From Thermoplasmatota archaeon (GTDB taxonomy: Archaea > Thermoplasmatota > Penumbrarchaeia > Penumbrarchaeales > Penumbrarchaeaceae): a stretch of DNA of 35,840 nt. Made by a program: the position numbers and the translations under genes. Below the pieces are notes generated by a model that saw only the letters and a program-made list of their open reading frames with translations, was not told the DNA's origin and did no database searches. Positions 7,401 through 15,381 of the stretch are shown in pieces (position 1 is the first letter of the stretch; each line of letters opens with the position of its first letter). The stretch spans positions 1-35,840 of the forward strand of contig JARVGK010000033.1 of assembly GCA_029762535.1 (NCBI GenBank), in the 5' to 3' direction.

Positions 7401-10400
7401 CATAATAGAAGCTTGTGGTGTTACCACGCCTATTTGTGGCGGTGACGAGATTTCCATGTTCATCATATGATCCGGTCTCGCTGCTGCCGTCAGCATAACG
7501 GATACCTATCACATTGCCATGGTCATCGCGGTCATAGATGACGCTCGATCCAGTGGGATCGGTGATCCGCACCATCATATCCAGCTTCTGATGATAATTG
7601 ATCAGATATTCCTCCCCGGCCTTGCCCTTTATTCCAATTAGGTTGCCCTTGTGATTCTGATACTCGATGGACGATCCTGCAGGGTCGGTGATACTTTTCA
7701 ACTGCCCCAATTCATCATAGACGATGGTGTAGGTCTCGCCCAGAGCATTGACCGATCCGATCGTTCTGCCCTCATGGTCGTAGAAGAACCTGTTCGTATA
7801 CCCCAGCATATCGGTGACCTTCATGAGGCCCAGACCATAACTGAAACTGGTCTTTTCAACCTCTCCTTCCCTGTATGATGATCTGATCGATCCTCGATCG
7901 TTGTAGGTTAGGTATACCCTGCTATCACCCAAGGGGGTGAAACCTATGAGCGCATGTTGCGAAGGAGACCCATCCGTTCTGTCGTAATAGTAAGCCTCTG
8001 TATATCCATCGAAGTATTCAACGGAGGTCAGGTATCCATCCTCATATGAATAGGTGGTAATCCTGCCGAGGCTGTCAGTTAAATGGTCGATCAGGGCGTC
8101 CCCGTTGTATGCGATCCCAATATAGTTTCCCGATGAATGTACGAGCTTGCTGAGGGAACCGTCAGTATATTGACAGGCTATGCTGTTCCCGTTCATGTCC
8201 TCTATCCGGTCCAATTTTCCATCGGGATCGAAAATATGGGTATGCCCGCGTTTTTCCAGAAGTTCGAATCCCCCCTCTGGTGTCTCTATCAGCTCTCCCC
8301 AATCGCCCGGCTGTGACATGTAGTCGTTCCTGGTGCGGATATTGGGTTGAAAGATACGCGTCTTCCCCGAGGTGTCCGTTATCATCACGGTCCCATCATC
8401 TTCCTCGACGAGAGAATATTGCCAATTATGTACCCAACCCCTGCCCAGATCGCCCTCTTCGAAACGCTTCGATATGGAGTTCGGATAATACCGTTCAAAG
8501 GTAAGATCGAGACCAGGGCATATGAGGGATGCGTCATTACGAGAATATATGGATGGTGAGGGGATCCAACCCTCGGCCTGCTGGAAGGTCAATGACAATA
8601 TCTCATCGATATCCTCGAGCCTCTGTCCATGCTGATACAGATGGAATGCGTTATCATTCAGAATCCTGATGAGATCCCCGTATGTGAGCCCTACGAGATC
8701 CTTGAAATTGTTCCAGATGATATCCCATGCCCCACCCTCGATATCATCGGGACGCATCTCATCCTTGACGGAATCCCATTCCATTACATGCTCGTCGTCT
8801 TCCGTGATCCTGTAAAGCTGCCATTCAAGGCCAGAACCGAACATTGGATAGGGCGGTTCCCACCCCAGATAGTAGATCGGAATTCTCCTGGTCTCGCCTG
8901 CCTGAAGTATGCCGGGTATCTCTCCCGATGCGATGATCAGAAGTTCGTTCTGAAATCCTGTCGGGAGGGTGGATGGTGGGACCTCGGGCAGGGCGCCCGG
9001 TTTCCTGCCGGCTGTCCAGATGCCGTATTTCCATTGTTCGTTGTCATGTGTGAGCATCGGGCCCCGTCTGTCGTCCGGACCCGAGATCGCAGTTATGTAA
9101 AGAAGGGGGGCTCTCATGGAGATCTCGCCCGTGTTCGAATATTCGACATATATTGTAGAATGCTCATGATAGCCGGTCCATGGTCCGGGGATGATAATCG
9201 CTTCGAACTTAGCCTCTCCCTCTTCCAGGATCTCCACCGCCTCCTTGAGCTCCGCCGTGCCCTTGTCCGGGCGGACGACGCGGACGTCATATATGCCTGC
9301 GGGTAGAAGGTCCCCCTTCACATGGGCAGTGATCAATGTGGGGGTATTCACATCGATAAGGGGTACTTCATGGTTCATCCCGTTCGAACCGACAAATATG
9401 ACCTGTATGGGTTCAACGAAACCCACGCCCCTTAGGATCATATCGACGGGTACGCCGATAATATGTTTTGAAGGTGCGATATCTTCCAGTATCAGGTCCA
9501 CAACATCGAATTTGATGGTGTAGGTGCCGGAACCTGCCATACAATTTCCGTGAACGAGAACATACCACGTTCCGGAATATGCGGACTGGACGGTGAGTTG
9601 TCCATTGCCGGAACGGTGGTCATAGGCCGATCTTGTGGGGAGACCGCCGTGTCTAGCAATTATGCTTGCCCCCTCCGGGTCTTTCAGGGTCAGATGGATA
9701 TTATTCGAGGATTGCAGTTCTATCCTGTAATAATGTTCTATGGGACCGCTCGAATACTCGCCATCGTATTCGATCCCCTCCCTGAGCTCGGGTATCGCGA
9801 TATCTATTGTCCGTTCTCTCTCGTTGTTCAAACGATGGACCTCAACGAACGACCATTCATCATTTAAGGATATTATCAGGTGGTAAGGGCCTTCCTTCAC
9901 AGCGGGTGGGGTGATATTGAAATGTCCCTGATAACCCCCATCCATCGGTACATCCATCGAAATCGTCGCGGACGCCAGCTTCGTATCCAGGGCATCGAGG
10001 TACTGATCCTCTGAAAAGTATATCGAATCTATCCAGGTATCTCCTGTAATGGATGCATTGCCGGTATTCACCACGTAATAAGATATTGGGACAGGATCAC
10101 CAATGGAGAGTCTCTCCGGGATCGAGTATGCCATCACGGTCAGGTCCGGATACGATCGCTGATCATCGACTACATCGAAGTCCATCGAATCACCTTCGAG
10201 GCTCACGATATCTTCCCCCTTGAAAGAATATGAGACCTCCTGGGATCCAATGGATCCGAACGACAATAACCCCGGAGCCCTCATCGAGGATGTCCTACCA
10301 TCACTGAAGGTCCATTGATATCGGATATTTTGACCCGGAAGGTCCGAACCCTTGAACCTCAATGAATCTCCCTTTACGATTGTCCCGATATACCTTGGTG

Positions 10401-11979
10401 AAAGGATCCGTGCCCCGGGCGGAAATGCCTGAAGGTATGGATAATCCGCTCCATCGTAGATCGCCCAGGTGCTTCCGAAATCCCATGATAGGTACGTGAC
10501 CCTGGCCATCATTTCCGAGGTGGTCCTTCCCTCGCCTCCGTCGGACATCTCCTGTCCTGATGTCTCAATATCCCAGTAACTGTCCTCGATCGACCCCTCA
10601 GTATTATTTCCTACGAGTCCTCCAATGTGTTCGCTCTCGGTAGAGGTCACATGTCCGGTGGAATAACAGAAATTCACGACCCCCTGCTGGTTCATAGCGA
10701 TCAGCCCACCAGCGATATCTTCTGCTACGGTCACGTCCGAGGTCGAGTAACAGTTCTGTACGAACCCGAGATTATTTCCAATAAATCCCCCGGCCAGATT
10801 TCCATCCGACATGTCAGGTCCTTCAACGGCGACCACACTGCCGGAGGAAAAACTGAAGGAGATATCCCCTTGATTTACTCCAATCGAACCTCCCAAGGTA
10901 AAATTACCATTCACGTTTCCCGTTGAAAAACATCTTGTGATCGTTCCGCCGTTCCAACCTATGAGCCCACCGACCATATGAGTTCCGGACACCTCACCTG
11001 TTGAATAGCAATCCGAAACCGAGGATGCAACTTTATTATTGGCGATAAATCCACCAGCCACATCCCTTTCACTCACGACATGTCCGGTGGAATGACAGTA
11101 GGACACGTCTCCCCCGTTCTCCCCTATCATTCCTCCGACATAACCGGAACCCGTCACATTAGCGTCCGATCCGCAGTTTGAGACGATGCCCCCACCAGGA
11201 TTATCTCCTATCAAGCCTCCGATCTTGATAACTCCAGTTACATGCCCGGAGGATGAACAATGTTCGACCTCGCCAGTATTGGAACCCACGATCCCTCCGG
11301 TGTTCAGATTATATATAAATTCACCTGTTATCAGGGTCCCATCCACCTCCAGATATACGTGACAGTTGGAGATCCTACCCTTTTCATTCTGTCCGACCAA
11401 TCCTCCCACGTTAGCCGCCCCTGCAACGAAACCCGTTAAGGAGCAGTTAGAGATGATGCCCGTATTGAATCCTGCAAGACCACCTACGGACATGTTGCCT
11501 GTAACATCGGTTCCTACAATTTTCAGGTTCTTGACCGTACCTTTTGATCCTATATTCCCAAATAATCCCACCGCGTAGAGAAATCCTTCGGTTTCCGGAT
11601 CCCCGGTCCGGTCAATGAACAAACCGGATATCGTATGGCCGTCCCCATCTAAACTGCCTGTAAAGGGTGTCCCGCTCCATTTGCTGTCTGTGACATATGT
11701 CTTGTACCTTTCACCCAAGGGATGGAATCCGGCACCATCGTTCCATGTCCGGGTTTCGGTTGCGTCGATGTCATTATTCAGAACGTAATGCGCACTGAGA
11801 TTCTCGTTCATCGCCTGAAGATCCCATACATCCTCGATGACGTAAGGATCACCAAAGGCTCCGGACCCGCCTCCGAATATCCCGTCCTTACCCTCTGCAT
11901 GATCGATGTAAATTACCGGGATAGCGGACAGGATCATGGAAACAACGAGCAGTGCATTTAATATGACTGTGCGGTTCAT
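4480..11979 (-). CDS. Giant secreted, C-terminally membrane-anchored RHS/YD-repeat protein
   Basis: Signal peptide; GLUG-type GGL(V/I)G.N.G repeats; PKD-, CARDB- (PDL.V) and PPC-like segments; DUF6531-like (FERYY...LGRGW.HN); many YD repeats; RHS core (AREYSPQMGRFTSMDP.G...NLYRYV.NSP.N.VDPEGL); DPNQK domain; Fn3-like and PKD domains; C-terminal TM plus basic tail. SD-like AGGTGA upstream. Confidence 0.9.
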   Translation of the reverse strand: MNRTVILNALLVVSMILSAIPVIYIDHAEGKDGIFGGGSGAFGDPYVIEDVWDLQAMNENLSAHYVLNNDIDATETRTWNDGAGFHPLGERYKTYVTDSKWSGTPFTGSLDGDGHTISGLFIDRTGDPETEGFLYAVGLFGNIGSKGTVKNLKIVGTDVTGNMSVGGLAGFNTGIISNCSLTGFVAGAANVGGLVGQNEKGRISNCHVYLEVDGTLITGEFIYNLNTGGIVGSNTGEVEHCSSSGHVTGVIKIGGLIGDNPGGGIVSNCGSDANVTGSGYVGGMIGENGGDVSYCHSTGHVVSERDVAGGFIANNKVASSVSDCYSTGEVSGTHMVGGLIGWNGGTITRCFSTGNVNGNFTLGGSIGVNQGDISFSFSSGSVVAVEGPDMSDGNLAGGFIGNNLGFVQNCYSTSDVTVAEDIAGGLIAMNQQGVVNFCYSTGHVTSTESEHIGGLVGNNTEGSIEDSYWDIETSGQEMSDGGEGRTTSEMMARVTYLSWDFGSTWAIYDGADYPYLQAFPPGARILSPRYIGTIVKGDSLRFKGSDLPGQNIRYQWTFSDGRTSSMRAPGLLSFGSIGSQEVSYSFKGEDIVSLEGDSMDFDVVDDQRSYPDLTVMAYSIPERLSIGDPVPISYYVVNTGNASITGDTWIDSIYFSEDQYLDALDTKLASATISMDVPMDGGYQGHFNITPPAVKEGPYHLIISLNDEWSFVEVHRLNNERERTIDIAIPELREGIEYDGEYSSGPIEHYYRIELQSSNNIHLTLKDPEGASIIARHGGLPTRSAYDHRSGNGQLTVQSAYSGTWYVLVHGNCMAGSGTYTIKFDVVDLILEDIAPSKHIIGVPVDMILRGVGFVEPIQVIFVGSNGMNHEVPLIDVNTPTLITAHVKGDLLPAGIYDVRVVRPDKGTAELKEAVEILEEGEAKFEAIIIPGPWTGYHEHSTIYVEYSNTGEISMRAPLLYITAISGPDDRRGPMLTHDNEQWKYGIWTAGRKPGALPEVPPSTLPTGFQNELLIIASGEIPGILQAGETRRIPIYYLGWEPPYPMFGSGLEWQLYRITEDDEHVMEWDSVKDEMRPDDIEGGAWDIIWNNFKDLVGLTYGDLIRILNDNAFHLYQHGQRLEDIDEILSLTFQQAEGWIPSPSIYSRNDASLICPGLDLTFERYYPNSISKRFEEGDLGRGWVHNWQYSLVEEDDGTVMITDTSGKTRIFQPNIRTRNDYMSQPGDWGELIETPEGGFELLEKRGHTHIFDPDGKLDRIEDMNGNSIACQYTDGSLSKLVHSSGNYIGIAYNGDALIDHLTDSLGRITTYSYEDGYLTSVEYFDGYTEAYYYDRTDGSPSQHALIGFTPLGDSRVYLTYNDRGSIRSSYREGEVEKTSFSYGLGLMKVTDMLGYTNRFFYDHEGRTIGSVNALGETYTIVYDELGQLKSITDPAGSSIEYQNHKGNLIGIKGKAGEEYLINYHQKLDMMVRITDPTGSSVIYDRDDHGNVIGIRYADGSSETGSYDEHGNLVTATNRRGNTTSFYYDPNGRITTKRYADGSENQYSYDIRGNLISMEDSTGVTNYTYNSNDLLTRIEYPGGQWLEFTYDHTRRRSAMIDHMGNRINYDHDHAGRLEGLTTSGGIDVVKYGYDKLGRLSDKTLQNGVYTTYGYDAAGRVTKLANFHPDETVISWFNYTYDTCGRITKTNTHYGTWLYTYDDRDQLVNAVFDPTYPGISAQNMEYDHDIMGNRVRTVINGEEGQYTSNDLNQYTGVGDVSYHYDTDGNLVSEDGHNGTTTYTYNDDGRLIGVRRGGDSWEYAYDGLGNRVSISENGVPSYLLVDPIGMGEVVGVYDENQTLVSRFIYGSDLVSMETGTGDSYFYNFDAMGNTHELTDSTGATVNSYSYLPFGEVLSEQGSVSNPFRFVGEKGVMADPSGLIHMRAREYSPQMGRFTSMDPMGISAGDLNLYRYVFNSPTNLVDPEGLSAIGYAYEIGTGLIPWGDMAESSTDSFLDQGDAEFVGFSVEVIAGIGTLSSMAPIIFSPAAPAVVVAAAVVVVVYTIYSIAKKLDSLFEFGVPANTLTPLDPNQKICLNGTGPGNHVAEGTRLSYIIEFENMKEATAPAQMVTVVDPLSEDLDWSTFEFTEIGFGDLAIPFDPGTRYFDEVMEYSYEDDEYVMDIELHLNGEIDVRTGKVYVIIYSIDPVTQLPPEVNIGFLPPEDGTGRGQGYFSYNIDPKTDLESGTEIRNIATIQFNLGMEIDTNQIDPLDRSKGTSPDLEALVTIDAEPPSSSITALPEKVGQNFTVSWSGEDESGGSGIASYDIYAKENDGPWTPWLEGTNATSAYYEGDVGSTYGFYSIATDNVGHREDKQENIEAFATVMVPTSPTANAGTDQRVEAGTNVTFDGSRSLDSVGIVSYTWTFNNGGEEVTLNGIIASYKFDTPGTYSITLNVTNAAGLWDTDTMEVKVEKANGSNGEKNNWIPLMLCLVPLVLLTLLIVLSFATYTIFRARNKRFDEE

Positions 11980-12014
11980 CTTACATCACCTGGACAGATC
12001 TGTGAAATGTATTT

Positions 12015-12770
12015 TCATCGATCCTTCCTGGACCTGATGGTGATGAGAATGACGATCGCAACGGCACCGATCATCAAGGATATCTCGAATCCAGGTGTTT
12101 CATCGCCCTCATCCTCCTCCGATGTCCCATTACCGGGGACATCATCACCTGATTTGTCATCATCAGGTTCCCCATCATCGCCATCAGAGGATGGATCTAT
12201 ACCGGTATATTCCTTCATGATATCCTCGGAATCCTGGTCCCATGTCCCATCCTCCGAATAGCATCGGACGAAGAGAAGCATCTCCGTTATGGGCCCCCAG
12301 TATGATTCTGGGTCCTCGAACCTCGCTCGATTGTTATCATCGATCGGTCCTTTAGAATGAAAGGTCCACTTCCAGGTGGACCATGAACCCTCCGGACCGG
12401 TTCCAAAGAACTCCTCATGATATTGGTGATCTCCATAGGAATGGTCCTCGTCTATCGGGCTTTCTTCCCAGGACTGTTGAGGTCCGCTACCGTCATCACC
12501 GTAAACCCAAATGGAGTAGTAACCCTTGATAACATCATCCGAGGCCGTACCCTCTGCGTATATGGTGTAATCATAGACCGTATCCGTGGAGGACATTTCC
12601 ATGGAGAACTTCGTGATCTCGACCCCGATAGAAGGATCTGTCGGTGTCTCGGAGCCCGGATCGACATCGTTCATCGGTGGAACGAACTCGGCTTTAATCC
12701 ACGGGATAGATAGAATACCCGTAATTATTACCATAATAAATACAATAATAATGAGATTTTTTTTCCCCAT
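12015..12770 (-). CDS. Secreted surface protein with PGF-CTERM sorting signal (archaeosortase A-type substrate)
   Basis: N-terminal signal (MGKK + hydrophobic stretch), acidic linker, C-terminal TPGF-hydrophobic helix-RSRKDR. Ends 35 bp upstream of the RHS gene on the same strand. Confidence 0.8.
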   Translation of the reverse strand: MGKKNLIIIVFIMVIITGILSIPWIKAEFVPPMNDVDPGSETPTDPSIGVEITKFSMEMSSTDTVYDYTIYAEGTASDDVIKGYYSIWVYGDDGSGPQQSWEESPIDEDHSYGDHQYHEEFFGTGPEGSWSTWKWTFHSKGPIDDNNRARFEDPESYWGPITEMLLFVRCYSEDGTWDQDSEDIMKEYTGIDPSSDGDDGEPDDDKSGDDVPGNGTSEEDEGDETPGFEISLMIGAVAIVILITIRSRKDR

Positions 12771-12863
12771 AAGGTTCCCTCGTGGTAAAATGTTCTCATA
12801 ATATAATAAAGTTGTTCATAATCGATTCCTTCGATGCTACTCTGACATCGTTTAGAGAGCCGA

Positions 12864-13334
12864 TCATCGGAGCATCAGCCGATCCAGAGCGGCGTTGATC
12901 TCTCCAATATATCGAGGGATCCCGCTCTCGACCTCGGGGGAGATCCCCTCCCCCATTCGAAGGGATCCCGGCTGGATCGCCAATATCAGGATCCTCTGCG
13001 GGGCCTCTCCTATCTCATTCGAGATCTCGATGGACCTCATTATATCCCAATCGTGGAGGGAATAGGACCTGCATTCCTTGACCGATACGGCGTTCTCGGG
13101 GGATAATACGCGAAACTCCCCCGGATCGACCCCCATGTCGGCGGCATCGATCAGGAGAACGGCATCGTATCCGGCAAGTACATGGACCAGCTGCATGCCT
13201 CCGGTCCCGATATCGATCAGTTCCACGCCCGTTCCAAGGAGCTTCAGCTCCTCTATCAATCTGGGACCGATCCCGTCATCCCCCATCAGGGGGTTCCCGA
13301 TCCCTATCACGGCGATCCTCGTATATCGCACCAC
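12864..13334 (-). CDS. Hydrogenase maturation endopeptidase (HycI/HybD family)
   Basis: VIGIGNPLMGDDGIG, IDAAD and SLH motifs; last gene of the hydrogenase operon. Start placed at GTG 13334, just after the hydA stop. Confidence 0.9.
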   Translation of the reverse strand: MVRYTRIAVIGIGNPLMGDDGIGPRLIEELKLLGTGVELIDIGTGGMQLVHVLAGYDAVLLIDAADMGVDPGEFRVLSPENAVSVKECRSYSLHDWDIMRSIEISNEIGEAPQRILILAIQPGSLRMGEGISPEVESGIPRYIGEINAALDRLMLR

Positions 13335-13336
13335 CC

Positions 13337-14635
13337 TCAGCGAATGAAATGCACCTTGAGGAAATGCGTGGAGCATGAGATGCAGGGATCGTAGGCCCTA
13401 ACTAGCATCTCGAGGGTGAGCTCGATCTCATTCTCGGGCAACTCGACCAGAGAGGGCGCGATCGCTTCCATGTCCTTCTGTATGTTGGCATGGTTCTGGT
13501 TCGTGGGTATGATGCAGTTGGCCTTGGTGCAGTTCCCGAGCCTGTCCAGTGTGTAATCGTGGAAAAGGATCCCTCTGGGCACTTCGACGGCCCCGATCCC
13601 TCTTCCTGCCCTGGGTTTGACATCGGCCCTTTCGGGTTGGACGTTCCCCTCCAAGAGCTCGTCCAATATGTTTATCGAGTCCTGAACAGAGTCCGCGTAT
13701 TCCACCATCTGGGCGTAGGTGTTCATGAAGGTATTGTGTATGGGGGGCTCCAATCCGAGGACGGTGGATATATTCTTCCCGTAATCGCTCAGCTTCGCGT
13801 AGTTGAGGTTGTATCGGGCAAGCGCACCAGTGAAATACGATTCGCGGTTGTGCTTGGTATATTTTGCCGTGGATTGCGGGACGACGTATTCATTGGTTAT
13901 CGACCTGTAGTAGTTGACTGGATGTGTGCCCGTATCGGTAGAGCCTATGTCCCCGTCGTAGAGAGCGTAGAGTTCGGGATGTACCAGTCCTATATATTCG
14001 GTCTCCCTTTCGAAGTCGGGGAGCGCACCTTTAACGGAGGCAAGGAGAGATGCTATCTCATCGATGGTGTCCTTGGCGCCATCAAGGCGGGCTCGTAGAT
14101 CCTCCAGTTCCTTTCGTGTTGGGACCATCCTGAACCCTCCGACGGCAAGGCGTATCGGATGAGTGGTCCTTCCGCAAATAAGGTCCGACATGAAATTGGC
14201 CAGCCTGTGTAGGGAAACGATCTTCACCACCGCGTCCTTGTTCTTCTCGACTATGGGGAAGACCGAGCCCACACGGAACAGGTCGGGTACGACGAGGTAT
14301 CCGATATGCAGCATATGTGACTGCATGTTCTCGGCGTGAAGCGCGAGCCGCCTCAAGATTTCCGTCTGATGGGATATGCTAACGCCAAGCGCTTCCTCCG
14401 TCGCTTTGAGCGAGGCGAGGGAATGGCCTATGGAACAAATTCCACATATCCTGGAGGTTATCGGCTGGAGGTGAACGTAGGACTTGCCCCTGACCATGGC
14501 CTCGAAGAATCGGGGTGCCTCAGTTACATGCCATTCGACCTTCTCCAGCTTCCCCTCTCTTGCGTTGAAATATATATCGCCGTGCCCCTCGACACGGGTC
14601 AGATGCTCCACATGTATGTTGACGTCCTTACTCAT
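13337..14635 (-). CDS. hydA: Group 3b NiFe-hydrogenase (sulfhydrogenase) large subunit alpha
   Basis: TRVEGH, RICGIC and DPCISCSTH plus a short cleavable tail. The true start MSKDV at 14635 overlaps the hydD stop and follows GGAGG. Confidence 0.93.
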   Translation of the reverse strand: MSKDVNIHVEHLTRVEGHGDIYFNAREGKLEKVEWHVTEAPRFFEAMVRGKSYVHLQPITSRICGICSIGHSLASLKATEEALGVSISHQTEILRRLALHAENMQSHMLHIGYLVVPDLFRVGSVFPIVEKNKDAVVKIVSLHRLANFMSDLICGRTTHPIRLAVGGFRMVPTRKELEDLRARLDGAKDTIDEIASLLASVKGALPDFERETEYIGLVHPELYALYDGDIGSTDTGTHPVNYYRSITNEYVVPQSTAKYTKHNRESYFTGALARYNLNYAKLSDYGKNISTVLGLEPPIHNTFMNTYAQMVEYADSVQDSINILDELLEGNVQPERADVKPRAGRGIGAVEVPRGILFHDYTLDRLGNCTKANCIIPTNQNHANIQKDMEAIAPSLVELPENEIELTLEMLVRAYDPCISCSTHFLKVHFIR

Positions 14636-15381
14636 CAATATCCCTCCTTCTTGAAGTTGTAGAGGTTGAACCGCTTCATCATCACGTCCAAAGAGACGTT
14701 GTATTTGCGCAGCACATCCTTCATCGCGTTCACCCTGAGGTCCTCGAGGAACCCGCGGCATCCGTCGCAGCCCTCGCCGTTGGTGGGGCATATCGCGTTG
14801 CATCCAGCCCTTGTGACCGGACCCAGGCAGGACTGCCCGAGTTCGAATACGCATATGTTCTCGTTCTTCTTGCACTCGACGCAGACAGGATAGCTCGGAA
14901 GCCTGGGCTTTCGGCCCATGGCAATGGACGTTACGATCTTGGAGAACTCGTTGCGGTCGATCGGGCAACCGGGAATATATGCGTCAACCGCCACTACCTC
15001 GTTCAAGGCCTTGGTCGGGAAAACGTCGAAGTATTCGTTACCCTTGACAGGTGCGTCACCATAAACTTCTTTGAGTACCTCATCGACGGACCATTTGTTG
15101 CGCAGCTTGTTCACCCCGCCGATGCAGGCGCATGCTCCCAGAGCGACTAGCACCTTGGCGTTCATCCTTATCTTCTTCAGTCTCTCCTCGTCCATGGGCC
15201 TCATTATGGACCCCTCAACGAAAGCGATGTCGTACTGGTCCGAGTGCTCCTTCATGGCCTCCCTGAAGGATACGACCTCGACGATGTCTATCAGGTCCAG
15301 TATCTTCTCCTCCAGATTGACCACCTGGAGCTGGCACCCCTCGCAGCTGGCGAAATCGAAGAAAGCCACTTTCGGTCTCAT
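14635..15381 (-). CDS. hydD: Group 3b hydrogenase small subunit delta
   Basis: SCEGC, VEGS, GACA..GG, IPGCP, VC.EC...C...CLGPVT.AGC.A.CP..G.GC.GC.G. Confidence 0.92.
   Translation of the reverse strand: MRPKVAFFDFASCEGCQLQVVNLEEKILDLIDIVEVVSFREAMKEHSDQYDIAFVEGSIMRPMDEERLKKIRMNAKVLVALGACACIGGVNKLRNKWSVDEVLKEVYGDAPVKGNEYFDVFPTKALNEVVAVDAYIPGCPIDRNEFSKIVTSIAMGRKPRLPSYPVCVECKKNENICVFELGQSCLGPVTRAGCNAICPTNGEGCDGCRGFLEDLRVNAMKDVLRKYNVSLDVMMKRFNLYNFKKEGY

Noticed and set aside
14636-14968. 111-aa N-terminal extension of hydA in the ORF track
   Set aside because: It overlaps hydD in another frame; the SD and homology start at ATG 14635. Similar over-extensions were trimmed for tsr3, mbhB, mbhE, mbhK and the protease.
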